Assembly (NCBI GenBank): GCA_035462175.1
Contig: DATHUP010000007.1
Coordinates: 45-64,044 of the forward strand
DNA length: 64,000 bases
Reading direction: 5' to 3'
From: Acidimicrobiia bacterium
Lineage (GTDB): Bacteria; Actinomycetota; Acidimicrobiia; Spongiisociales; ZC4RG35
Part shown: in pieces, positions 1 through 7,962 of the stretch
Layout of the letters: the number at the start of each line of letters is the position of its first letter
Position numbering within the stretch: the stretch's first letter is position 1
Program-made: the position numbers and the translations under genes
The notes under the pieces: generated by a model
The model's input: only the letters and a program-made list of their open reading frames with translations
What the model was told of the DNA's origin: nothing
The model's database searches: none

Positions 1-1085
1 ACCGAGCCGTCGGCGGCGTGCCATTCCATGTCGCCCGTCTCGCGGTTCTGCACCCATTCGCCCTCGGCATACTCGACGGAATCGCCCGGCACGATGCCGG
101 CTGCCTCGTCGGATGCCTGGCTCTCGCTCTTGATGTCGATGCGCAAGCCGGTGAGCCGGGTGGCCAGCCTGGCGTTCTGGCCCTCCTTGCCGATGGCGAG
201 GGAGAGCTGATGCTCGGACACGACGACGTCGGCGGTCTTGGTCTCCTCGTCGATGTGCACTTCCTTGACCTTGGCCGGGCCCAAGGCCTCGGCGATGAAT
301 TGGCCGATGTCGTCGCGCCACTGGACCACGTCGACCTTCTCCCCGCGCAACTCGTTGACCACCTGACGGACACGGGATCCCCGAGCACCGACACAGGCAC
401 CTTTCGGATCCACGTTGGGGTCATGGGAGATTACGGCGATCTTGGTCCTGTGACCCGGCTCGCGGGCGATGTTGACGATCTCGACCGTGCCGTCGGTCAG
501 CTCCGGCACTTCGAGCTCGAGCAGTCTCCGCACCAGATCGGGGTGACTTCGGGAGACCACGATCTGGGCCCCCTTCGCCTCGTTGCGCACCTCCAGGATC
601 AGGGCCTTGACCCGGTTCCCCCGCTCCAGCCTCTCGAAGGGGATGCGCTCCGAGCCGGGGAGGATCGCCTCGGCATCGCCGAGGTCGAGGATGACAGACC
701 GGTAGTCGACCTGTTGCACCAACCCGGTGACCAGGTCGCCCTCGCGCCCTTCGTACATCTCGAAGACGTGCTCGCGCTTGGCCTCGCGCAGCTTGTGCTG
801 CATCACCTGCTTGAAGGACTGTGCCGCGATCCGGCCGAAGGCCTCGCCCTCGGGCGTGTCCTCCCACTCCGAGACAACGTTGCCTTCCTCGTCGAGCTCC
901 TGGGCGTAGACGATCACCTCGCCGGAATCGGGGTCGATGGTGACCCGCGCCTCCTCCGCCGCCCCGGGACTTCGCTTGTAGGCGGCCACCAGGGCGTTGG
1001 CGAACGCGTCGAGGATGGTGTCGATGGCCACGCCGCGTTCGCGGGCGAGGACCTCGATCGCCTCCATCATCGTGTCGAGCTTCAT
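1..1085 (-). CDS. nusA: Transcription termination/antitermination factor NusA (5' part; 3' end runs off the window)
   Basis: Absent from the ORF track because there is no stop inside the window. My translation of the minus strand from ATG 1085 gives MKLDTMMEAIEVLARERGVAIDTILDALANALVAAYKR... and later ...PNVDPKGACVGARGSRVRQVVNELRGEKVDVVQ... (NusA N-terminal and KH-region sequence). AAGGAG lies just upstream. The gene directly follows rimP as in the conserved rimP-nusA operon. Confidence 0.9.
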   Translation of the reverse strand, partial: MKLDTMMEAIEVLARERGVAIDTILDAFANALVAAYKRSPGAAEEARVTIDPDSGEVIVYAQELDEEGNVVSEWEDTPEGEAFGRIAAQSFKQVMQHKLREAKREHVFEMYEGREGDLVTGLVQQVDYRSVILDLGDAEAILPGSERIPFERLERGNRVKALILEVRNEAKGAQIVVSRSHPDLVRRLLELEVPELTDGTVEIVNIAREPGHRTKIAVISHDPNVDPKGACVGARGSRVRQVVNELRGEKVDVVQWRDDIGQFIAEALGPAKVKEVHIDEETKTADVVVSEHQLSLAIGKEGQNARLATRLTGLRIDIKSESQASDEAAGIVPGDSVEYAEGEWVQNRETGDMEWHAADGS

Positions 1086-1094
1086 GATTCTCCT

Positions 1095-1565
1095 TCAGTG
1101 GCCCGGCTTCGGGGCCTTTTCCCACCTGAACACCGTCTTGGCGGTGAGCACGTCTTCGTAACCCACGACTGTCTCTCCGCTCTCGGACTCGATCGTGAAC
1201 GAGTCTTCGCCGGCATCGGCGAGCGTCCCTCTGATGGTCGTCTTGGAGTCGCCGTCCGCGATCTTGACCACGACCTCCCGACCTACCGACTTGGCGTAGT
1301 GAGAAGGGCGGCGCAGGTCTCTCTCCAGACCGGGCGAGGTCACCTCGAGCCGGTAGGCAGCATCGAGCTCGGTCTCGTTGTCGAGCAACCGGGAGATCCC
1401 CCGGGACACGTCGGCGAGACGATCGATGTCCACGTTCTCCCCGTCGACGACCACCCGCAGCAGTGTTCCCGGCCCGCGGCCACGCAGCTCGACGTCGTCG
1501 AGCTCCAGCCTCTCGGCGGCGAGAAAGGGCTCGACCACCGTCCAAATGTCGGAAACCGTCGTCAA
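1095..1565 (-). CDS. rimP: Ribosome maturation factor RimP
   Basis: Track ORF 1095..1709. RimP body ...VEPFLAAERLELDDVELRGRGPGTLLRVVVDGENVDIDRLADVSRGISRLLD...EVTSPGLERDLRRPSHY.... The first 48 codons of the track ORF are unprotein-like and contain a terminator hairpin, so the start was moved to the in-frame TTG at 1565 (start uncertain). The stop lies 9 nt before the nusA ATG. Confidence 0.85.
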   Translation of the reverse strand: MTTVSDIWTVVEPFLAAERLELDDVELRGRGPGTLLRVVVDGENVDIDRLADVSRGISRLLDNETELDAAYRLEVTSPGLERDLRRPSHYAKSVGREVVVKIADGDSKTTIRGTLADAGEDSFTIESESGETVVGYEDVLTAKTVFRWEKAPKPGH

Positions 1566-1592
1566 AATCGATGCTCCAGGCTTCGTTGCTAC

Positions 1593-1628
1593 GCAAAAAT
1601 TCAGGCGGGTGCCAAAGGCGCCCACCTG
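1593..1628 (-). terminator. Intrinsic terminator-like hairpin in the rimP-nusA leader (candidate attenuator)
   Basis: Minus-strand RNA reads CAGGUGGGCGCC-UUU-GGCACCCGCCUG. This is a 12-bp stem with 10 Watson-Crick pairs, one G-U and one mismatch, followed by AAUUUUUG. It ends about 28 nt upstream of the rimP TTG start. Confidence 0.5.
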
Positions 1629-1655
1629 GAAATAGCGTCCTTGTTGTCGAAGGCG

Positions 1656-1685
1656 AGTATAGGCCGGGCTGAGGGCTGAGCTCAA
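1656..1685 (-). promoter_or_regulatory. Sigma-70-like promoter candidate for rimP-nusA (TTGAGC-18 nt-TATACT)
   Basis: On the minus strand the -35 TTGAGC is at 1685..1680, followed by an 18-nt spacer and the -10 TATACT at 1661..1656. It lies about 25 nt upstream of the leader hairpin. Pattern match by eye only. Confidence 0.35.
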
Positions 1686-1961
1686 CGCCGGCGATACACC
1701 CGGCCACACGGAGATCTTCCCGATTTCGTCTCGTGGAAATGCGTTCTCGTCACAGCCAGATCTCGCTCGATATGTGCGTCAACCGCTACCTGGACGTCTA
1801 TTCCTTTGTGTTTCGTAACGTTTCCTGGCCCGGTGGTGAGCTTCAGCGAGTAGGTCCTTCACCGTGTCTTCGGTGCCCGCCCCCGGGTTGAGCATCGTCG
1901 CGCTTTGCCCCGGTGGGTATACCGGACGCCTGCCGTCCGCTATCGCGTTTACCCTGCCGAC

Positions 1962-2537
1962 GTGGCTGAGTACACGGTCAAACCGCTTAGCCCCGACACC
2001 TGGGACGCCTTTGCGCAACTGGTCGAGCGGCACAACGGTGTCTGGGGCGGTTGCTGGTGTCTCTCGTTCCACCCGAAATTCCCCGAGAGGGGACAGAGCC
2101 TCGAGGGCAATCGCAACCTGAAGCAGCGACTGGTCAACGAGGGTCAGGCACACGCCTCGCTGGTGTTCGACGGTGATCGCGCGGTGGGATGGTGCCAGTA
2201 CGGCCCGCCGGAGGAGTTGCCCAACATCTATCACCGCAAGGAGTACGAGGCCGGGCTGGCCGAGAGCCCTGACTACCGGCTCACCTGCTTCTTCGTGGAC
2301 AGGGATTACCGACGCGACGGGGTGTCAGCGGCAGCTTTGCGAGGAGCGTTGGACCTGATCGCAGAGGCGGGTGGTGGCGTCGTCGAGGCGTACCCGCAAG
2401 ACACCCAGGGAAACAAGATCAATGCCTCGTTCCTCTACAACGGCACCCGCAGCCTCTTCGAGCAGGCCGGGTTCGAGTACGAGCGGCCCAAAGGCAAGAA
2501 CCACTGTGTGATGAGGACGAGGATCGAGCCGAGCTGA
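1962..2537 (+). CDS. GNAT-family N-acetyltransferase
   Basis: Track ORF 1905..2537. Acetyltransferase-fold sequence ...RLTCFFVDRDYRRDGVSAAALRGALDLIAEAGGGVVEAYP.... The start was moved to the in-frame GTG at 1962 (VAEYTVKPL...) because the first 19 codons are R/W/Y-rich. Start uncertain. Confidence 0.7.
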   Translation: MAEYTVKPLSPDTWDAFAQLVERHNGVWGGCWCLSFHPKFPERGQSLEGNRNLKQRLVNEGQAHASLVFDGDRAVGWCQYGPPEELPNIYHRKEYEAGLAESPDYRLTCFFVDRDYRRDGVSAAALRGALDLIAEAGGGVVEAYPQDTQGNKINASFLYNGTRSLFEQAGFEYERPKGKNHCVMRTRIEPS

Positions 2538-2624
2538 CCCGGAGGCGCGCCTCGATCCCAGACGGGCTGATCGGTGTCGCTCCCTGGTGAGACGAGACGT
2601 AAAGGCCTGAGAAGCTGCGGCTGG

Positions 2625-4343
2625 CTAGCCGCCGTGACGCCCGGCGACGATCATCTCGGTGAGCCGGCTCATCACGACACCCAAGGACAGCTCTTCGGTG
2701 CTCAGGTCGCGCCGCGTCGTCAACTCCACAGTCCCCTGCTCGACGCCGCGCGGGCCCACCGTCACCCGGTAGGGGATCCCGATCAGCTCGGCATCGGCGA
2801 ACTTCACCCCGGGTCGTTCCTCCCGGTCGTCGAGCAGGACCTCGATCCCCATCTCCCCCAGTTCTCGATACAGGCGCTCCGCCGCGGCCAGAGTGGGCTC
2901 GTCGTCGGCGCGGACCACGGTGATCACGACCTCGTAGGGTGCAACCGACACCGGCCAGATGATCCCCTTCTCGTCGTGTGAGCTCTCGACCACCGCGGCC
3001 ATCCCCCTCTCCACCCCTATCCCGTAGGAGCCCATGATGATGGGATGGCTCGCCCCCTTCTCGTCCTGGACGTAGACCCCGAACGTCTCCGAGTACTTGG
3101 TGCCCAGCTTGAAGATGTGCCCTACTTCGATCCCCTTCCACAACTCGAGCGGGCTGCCACAGACGGGGCAGGGCTCGCTCGATGCAACCGACCTGAGATC
3201 GGCCCACTGGCTGACCGCGATGTCGCGGTCGACGTCGACGCCGGAGTGATGCCAATCGTCCTCGTTGGCACCGGTGACCAGGTTGACCCTGCCCCGTAGA
3301 GCCTCGTCGGCGATGATCCTCGACTCCTCGACTCCAACCGCGCCCAGACTGCCGGGATCGGCCCCGAGCAGGGCCCGGATCTCCTCGGGGGTGGCCGGTC
3401 GGGCCTCGACAGCGGCGGTCGCATCCAGCAGTTTCTGCTCCTGGAGCTCGTGATCGCCTCTGAGCATGACCAGTACCTGTTCCCCGTCGAGCACGTAGAC
3501 CAGTGTCTTTATCTGACGGTCGGGCGCCGCTATCTCGGGATGGCCCTCGGCCAGGCTCTTGATGGTGCGAAGACCGGGAGTGGGGAAGCGGTCCAGGAGA
3601 GCCGGGTCGCCGTCTTCGATAGCCGAAAGCGCCGAGGTGGCCCGCTCCACGTTGGCGCTGTAGTCACAATTGCCGCAGGTGACGATCCAGTCCTCCCCGG
3701 CCTCGCTTCGCACCATGAACTCGACCGACTCCGACCCACCCATCGCCCCCGACGAGGCTTCCACGCCGACCGCATCGAGCCCCATGCGGCCGAAGATCCG
3801 CTGGTACGCGCCGCGATGCTTCTCGAATCCCATGTCCAGCCCCTCCTGGTCGATGTCCAGGGTGTACGAGTCCTTCATGGTAAATTCGCGCACCCGTAGC
3901 AGACCCGACTTGGGCCGCGGTTCGTCACGGAACTTTGTGTGCATCTGGTACCAGATCTGGGGAAGCTCCCGATATGAGGACAGCTCGAGGGCGGTGAGGG
4001 CGAAGATCTCCTCTTCCGTCATCCCCAAGACCAGATCTGCGCCTTTTCGATCCACGAGCTTGAACAGGTTGTCCCCCATCGCCTCGTAGCGGCCGGACCG
4101 GCGCCAAATGTCTGCAGGGTGCAGCGTGGGCGGCACCATCTCCTGGCCGCCGATGGCGTTCATCTCCTCACGGATGATCCCGCCCACCTTGAGCCGCACC
4201 CGCTGCCCGAGCGGGAGCACCGTGTAGGAGCCGGCGGCGAGCTGACGGATGAAACCGCCACGAACCAAGAGCTTGTGACTGATCGCCTCTGCGTCGGCCG
4301 GGGGCTCTCTCAATGTGGGGATGAATGCTTGTGACCAGCGCAT
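2625..4343 (-). CDS. proS: Proline--tRNA ligase (bacterial type)
   Basis: 572 aa. MRWSQAFIPTLREPPADAEAISHKLLVRGGFIRQLAAGSYTVLPLG..., class II synthetase core, internal editing-domain-sized insertion and C-terminal anticodon-binding region. Confidence 0.95.
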   Translation of the reverse strand: MRWSQAFIPTLREPPADAEAISHKLLVRGGFIRQLAAGSYTVLPLGQRVRLKVGGIIREEMNAIGGQEMVPPTLHPADIWRRSGRYEAMGDNLFKLVDRKGADLVLGMTEEEIFALTALELSSYRELPQIWYQMHTKFRDEPRPKSGLLRVREFTMKDSYTLDIDQEGLDMGFEKHRGAYQRIFGRMGLDAVGVEASSGAMGGSESVEFMVRSEAGEDWIVTCGNCDYSANVERATSALSAIEDGDPALLDRFPTPGLRTIKSLAEGHPEIAAPDRQIKTLVYVLDGEQVLVMLRGDHELQEQKLLDATAAVEARPATPEEIRALLGADPGSLGAVGVEESRIIADEALRGRVNLVTGANEDDWHHSGVDVDRDIAVSQWADLRSVASSEPCPVCGSPLELWKGIEVGHIFKLGTKYSETFGVYVQDEKGASHPIIMGSYGIGVERGMAAVVESSHDEKGIIWPVSVAPYEVVITVVRADDEPTLAAAERLYRELGEMGIEVLLDDREERPGVKFADAELIGIPYRVTVGPRGVEQGTVELTTRRDLSTEELSLGVVMSRLTEMIVAGRHGG

Positions 4344-4397
4344 TTCTAATCGGGTTGACGGACGGCGACGGTAGTAGCTCGGCGAGGCGGTGCGGGT

Positions 4398-5609
4398 TCA
4401 GTCGGGCTGGGCTACTTCGGCGACTCGGGCCCGGCGGTCGGCGGACCGGTTGGCGTCACCCTGGATCTGGATCAACTCCTCGCGGGTGGCGGTGGCCAGT
4501 TCGGCGGCATTGGCCTCGGCATGGGCCAGCCTGCTCTCGACGCCCTCGGCGACGAGTTTGCGCGCCTCGTCGAGCAGTGCCTCCACCATCTCCGCCTCGG
4601 GCACCACCCGCACCACCTGTCCCTTGATGAAGAGGTGACCTCTCCCCCGGCCGGCCGCGATGCCGATGTCTGCCTCCCTCGCCTCCCCCGGGCCGTTGAC
4701 CACACAACCCATGACCGCCACCTGGATGGGAAGGTTCTCCGCTTCCAGGGCGGCCTGGGCTCGGGTAGCGACATCGATCACGTCCACCTCGGCCCGTCCA
4801 CACGACGGGCAGGCGATGAGGTCGAGCCCCTTTCGCTCGCGCAAGCCGAGGTTCTCGAGGAGCTGACGCCCCGCCTTTGCCTCCTCCACCGGGTCGGCGG
4901 TCAACGAGAACCTGATCGTGTCCCCTATCCCCTCGTTGAGAAGGGTGGCGATACCTGCGACCGACTTGATCAGCCCCGCCGGCGGTGGCCCGGCCTCGGT
5001 CACACCGAGATGGAGGGGATAGTCCACCGTCCCGGAGAGGAGCCGGTAGGACTCGATCATCGATGGCACGTTGGAGTGCTTCACGGAGATCTTGATGTCT
5101 TGGAAGTCGACTTCCTCGAGGTACCTGATCTCGATGACGGCGGAGTCGACCAGGGCTTGGGGAACCGCGCTCCCGTACTTCTCGAGGAGATCCTTGTCCA
5201 GGGAGCCGGCGTTGACCCCGACCCGGATCGGCACGCCCCGATCCTTGGCCTCACGCGCCACCGTCTTGATCTGGTCTTCCTTGCGAATGTTGCCGGGGTT
5301 GAGACGAAGCCCCTGCACCCCGGCTTCCAAGGCCGCCAGTGCCAGCCGGTACTGGTAGTGGATGTCGGCGATGATCGGCACCGGGGACCGGGGCACGATC
5401 TCGGCCAGACCCTGCGCCGCCTCGACCTCGTTGCAGGTGATGCGGACGATGTCGGCGCCGGCACCGGCGAGGGCATAGACCTGGGCAAGGGTGCCGTCTA
5501 CGTCGGCGGTCTTGGTGGTGGTCATCGACTGCACCGAGACCGGCGCGCCACCACCAACCGGCACATTGCCAACATGCAGCTGTCTGGTCTGCCGCCGATT
5601 GATCATCAC
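4398..5609 (-). CDS. ispG: 4-hydroxy-3-methylbut-2-en-1-yl diphosphate synthase (GcpE/IspG)
   Basis: 403 aa. ...VSVQSMTTTKTADVDGTLAQVYALAGAGADIVRITCN..., Cys motifs CPSCGR and MGCVVNGPGE typical of IspG. The first codon is GTG at 5609 and an ATG follows at 5606. Confidence 0.95.
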   Translation of the reverse strand: MMINRRQTRQLHVGNVPVGGGAPVSVQSMTTTKTADVDGTLAQVYALAGAGADIVRITCNEVEAAQGLAEIVPRSPVPIIADIHYQYRLALAALEAGVQGLRLNPGNIRKEDQIKTVAREAKDRGVPIRVGVNAGSLDKDLLEKYGSAVPQALVDSAVIEIRYLEEVDFQDIKISVKHSNVPSMIESYRLLSGTVDYPLHLGVTEAGPPPAGLIKSVAGIATLLNEGIGDTIRFSLTADPVEEAKAGRQLLENLGLRERKGLDLIACPSCGRAEVDVIDVATRAQAALEAENLPIQVAVMGCVVNGPGEAREADIGIAAGRGRGHLFIKGQVVRVVPEAEMVEALLDEARKLVAEGVESRLAHAEANAAELATATREELIQIQGDANRSADRRARVAEVAQPD

Positions 5610-5619
5610 CAGGAACGGT

Positions 5620-5666
5620 ATACGGATCCGTCCGAATACCGAGCACCGACTACCGACTACCGATTA
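5620..5666. repeat. Intergenic heptamer-repeat element, copy A (5 tandem CCGAnnA units plus ACGGATCCGT palindrome)
   Basis: The plus strand reads CCGAATA CCGAGCA CCGACTA CCGACTA CCGATTA at 5632..5666, preceded by cggtatACGGATCCGT. About 85-90 percent of its positions match the reverse complement of 44101..44133 once an 8-9 nt indel is allowed. It fills the rseP-ispG intergenic space. Confidence 0.6.
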
Positions 5667-5670
5667 GCGG

Positions 5671-6786
5671 CTAAAGACTCAACGGATCCACGATGTCGAG
5701 GATGATGGCGACGAACCCGAGGAAGGCGAAGAGACCGATGACGGCGGCGGCCACCGGCGCCAGCCTGCGCACATTGGCCTCGCGGCCACTCACCTTCTCG
5801 TAGACGGCCACGGCGAAATGCCCTCCGTCGAGGGGGAACAGGGGAAGGAGGTTGATGGTGGCCAGGATCACGTTGACGAACGCCAGGATGCCGAGGAAGG
5901 TGGCGGCCGACTCGGTTTGGGCGCCGATGTTGACGATCCCGATCGGGCTGACCGGTCGAATCCTCTCGTCGACGTCGGTGTCGCCGGCCAGGACGCCGAC
6001 GTACTGGGCCAGGCTCGACGGCTTGACCATGTCACCGATCGCCTGAAAGGTGAACCCGATCCCCTGCCAGACCTGACTGCCCGCCACCCCGACTGAAGCG
6101 ATGACGCCTGAATCACGGGGCTCGACGATTGGGACAAGGCCGAGGTATCTCGTCCCGGTGGTGCCATCTACGGGCTCGCGCTCGATCAAATCGACCTCGA
6201 GAGCCATCAACTGCCCGTCACGACTGATCACGAAATCTGTAGGCCCGGCTGCTACCTCGCTCAGCGCATTCTCCACATCGGCCCACGACCCAATCCTGTG
6301 GTTGGCAATCGAAACGAACACATCACCATCCTGCAGACCGGCCGCCGCCGCAGGAGTGGGAATCGTGTCCTCGCCCACGATCGTGGTCTCCACCACCTGA
6401 TCTACCACCGGCACCGGCTCGGAGACGCCGTTGACGAGGACGATTCCGTAGAAGAGAAGGAAGGCGATGAGGAAGTTCATGCCGACCCCGGCGAGCACGA
6501 CGACACTCTTCTCCCAGAACTTTTTCTCCCGGTAGGTCCGGCCGATGTCGGCGGGCGCCACCTCCTCGAGGGGGTTCATCCCGATAATCCGAACATACCC
6601 GCCGAGCGGGAGCGCCTTGAACCCGTATTCGGTCTCCCCTCTGCGGGTGGACCAGAGCTTGGGGCCGAAACCGAAGAAGAACTCGGTCACCTTCATACCC
6701 GTCGCCTTGGCCGCGAAGAAGTGGCCCGCCTCGTGAGCGGTGACGAAAAGGATGATGGCCGCGGCAGCAGCGAAGCCTCCGAGCAT
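5671..6786 (-). CDS. rseP: Site-2 (RIP) zinc metalloprotease, M50 family
   Basis: 371 aa. HEAGHF zinc motif in the first TM helix, an internal PDZ-like segment and the C-terminal NLLPLFPLDGGH motif. Confidence 0.9.
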   Translation of the reverse strand: MLGGFAAAAAIILFVTAHEAGHFFAAKATGMKVTEFFFGFGPKLWSTRRGETEYGFKALPLGGYVRIIGMNPLEEVAPADIGRTYREKKFWEKSVVVLAGVGMNFLIAFLLFYGIVLVNGVSEPVPVVDQVVETTIVGEDTIPTPAAAAGLQDGDVFVSIANHRIGSWADVENALSEVAAGPTDFVISRDGQLMALEVDLIEREPVDGTTGTRYLGLVPIVEPRDSGVIASVGVAGSQVWQGIGFTFQAIGDMVKPSSLAQYVGVLAGDTDVDERIRPVSPIGIVNIGAQTESAATFLGILAFVNVILATINLLPLFPLDGGHFAVAVYEKVSGREANVRRLAPVAAAVIGLFAFLGFVAIILDIVDPLSL

Positions 6787-6816
6787 CAGGACACGCTACC
6801 TGTCGGGGCCGATTAG

Positions 6817-7962
6817 TCAGCAGGATCCCGCAACGAGAGAGGAGGCCATGGCCCGGGCCTCCAGGTCGGCGGCCACCACATCGTCGACGAGTTCCAGGGG
6901 CCGCCAGTCGACCGCGTCGAGAGTGTTCGACACGACCTCGGTGATCCCGAGGAACCCGAGCCGTCGCTGCAGGAACGCTTCGACCGCGATCTCGTCGGCG
7001 GCATTGAGCACCGCCGGAGACGAGCCGCCCTCGCGCCCCGCCTGATAGGCGATCTCGAGGGCGGGGAAGACGGCGACGTCGGGCGTCTCGAAGGTGAGGG
7101 AGAGCCCGGGCAGATCGAAGGCTCTCGCCGGTGAGGGGGCGCGGGCCGGCGCTGTGAGCGCGTACTGGATCGGGATCCGCATGTCCGGTTGTCCCAGGTG
7201 ACCCTTCCATGAGCCGTCGACGAACTCGACGGCCGAGTGGAGGACCGACTGGGGATGGATCACGACCGCGATGCGGTCGTAGCCGACGTCGAAGAGATGG
7301 TGGGCCTCGATCACCTCCAGACCCTTATTGAACAACGTCGCCGAGTCGACGGTTATGCGCCTGCCCATTTCCCAGGTCGGGTGGGCCAGCGCCTCCTCCG
7401 GCGTGACATCGGCCAAAGACTCCCGTGACCTGCCCCGGAACGGTCCTCCCGATGCGGTGAGGACCAGCCGGGCCACCGACTCGGGGTCTTCGCCGGCGAG
7501 ACACTGAAGCAGGGCCGAGTGCTCGCTGTCGACGGGAATCAACTCGCCGCCGTGCTCGTGGAGGGCTTTCTTCACCACCGGCCCACCGGCGACGAGGCTC
7601 TCCTTGTTGGCCAGCGCAACGCGGTTGCCCGCCTCCAATGCGGCGATCGTGGCTCGAAGACCGGCAGCTCCGACGATCCCGTTCACCACGACGGCTCCCG
7701 GGGTCCGCGCCGCGTCGATCACTGCGTCGATGTCGAATTCGACCGGCCGATCGACCATTTTCTCGAATTCGGCACGCTCATCGGACGATCCCCCGGCGGC
7801 GATGATGCGGGCCGAGGAGTGGGCGGCGGCGAGTGCAGCCAACTTGGGCGACGGAGATCTGGCCGCCAGCGCCACTATCTCGAACCCGAGCGAGACGGCG
7901 ACCTCGATTGTCTGAGACCCGATCGACCCGGTCGCCCCGAGAACGACCACGCTCCGGGTCAC
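6817..7962 (-). CDS. dxr: 1-deoxy-D-xylulose 5-phosphate reductoisomerase
   Basis: Track ORF 6817..8883 is a read-through composite. The Dxr body starts VTRSVVVLGATGSIGSQTIEV (NADPH GxxGxxG) at GTG 7962, which overlaps the cdsA stop (GTGA). 381 aa, with ...LANKESLV... and ...DSEHSA... motifs. Confidence 0.93.
   Translation of the reverse strand: MTRSVVVLGATGSIGSQTIEVAVSLGFEIVALAARSPSPKLAALAAAHSSARIIAAGGSSDERAEFEKMVDRPVEFDIDAVIDAARTPGAVVVNGIVGAAGLRATIAALEAGNRVALANKESLVAGGPVVKKALHEHGGELIPVDSEHSALLQCLAGEDPESVARLVLTASGGPFRGRSRESLADVTPEEALAHPTWEMGRRITVDSATLFNKGLEVIEAHHLFDVGYDRIAVVIHPQSVLHSAVEFVDGSWKGHLGQPDMRIPIQYALTAPARAPSPARAFDLPGLSLTFETPDVAVFPALEIAYQAGREGGSSPAVLNAADEIAVEAFLQRRLGFLGITEVVSNTLDAVDWRPLELVDDVVAADLEARAMASSLVAGSC

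Noticed and set aside
18-1679. 553-aa plus-strand ORF covering the nusA/rimP region
   Set aside because: It lies antisense to unmistakable NusA and RimP coding sequence. The product is low-complexity (G/D/L/V/H-rich) with no recognisable motifs. This is a typical high-GC shadow ORF.
1629-1960. Possible tRNA or small RNA gene upstream of rimP (by analogy to metY in E. coli)
   Set aside because: I read both strands and found no T-loop-like GGTTCGAATCC-type box or cloverleaf-compatible arms. The space is better explained by divergent promoters plus the leader terminator.
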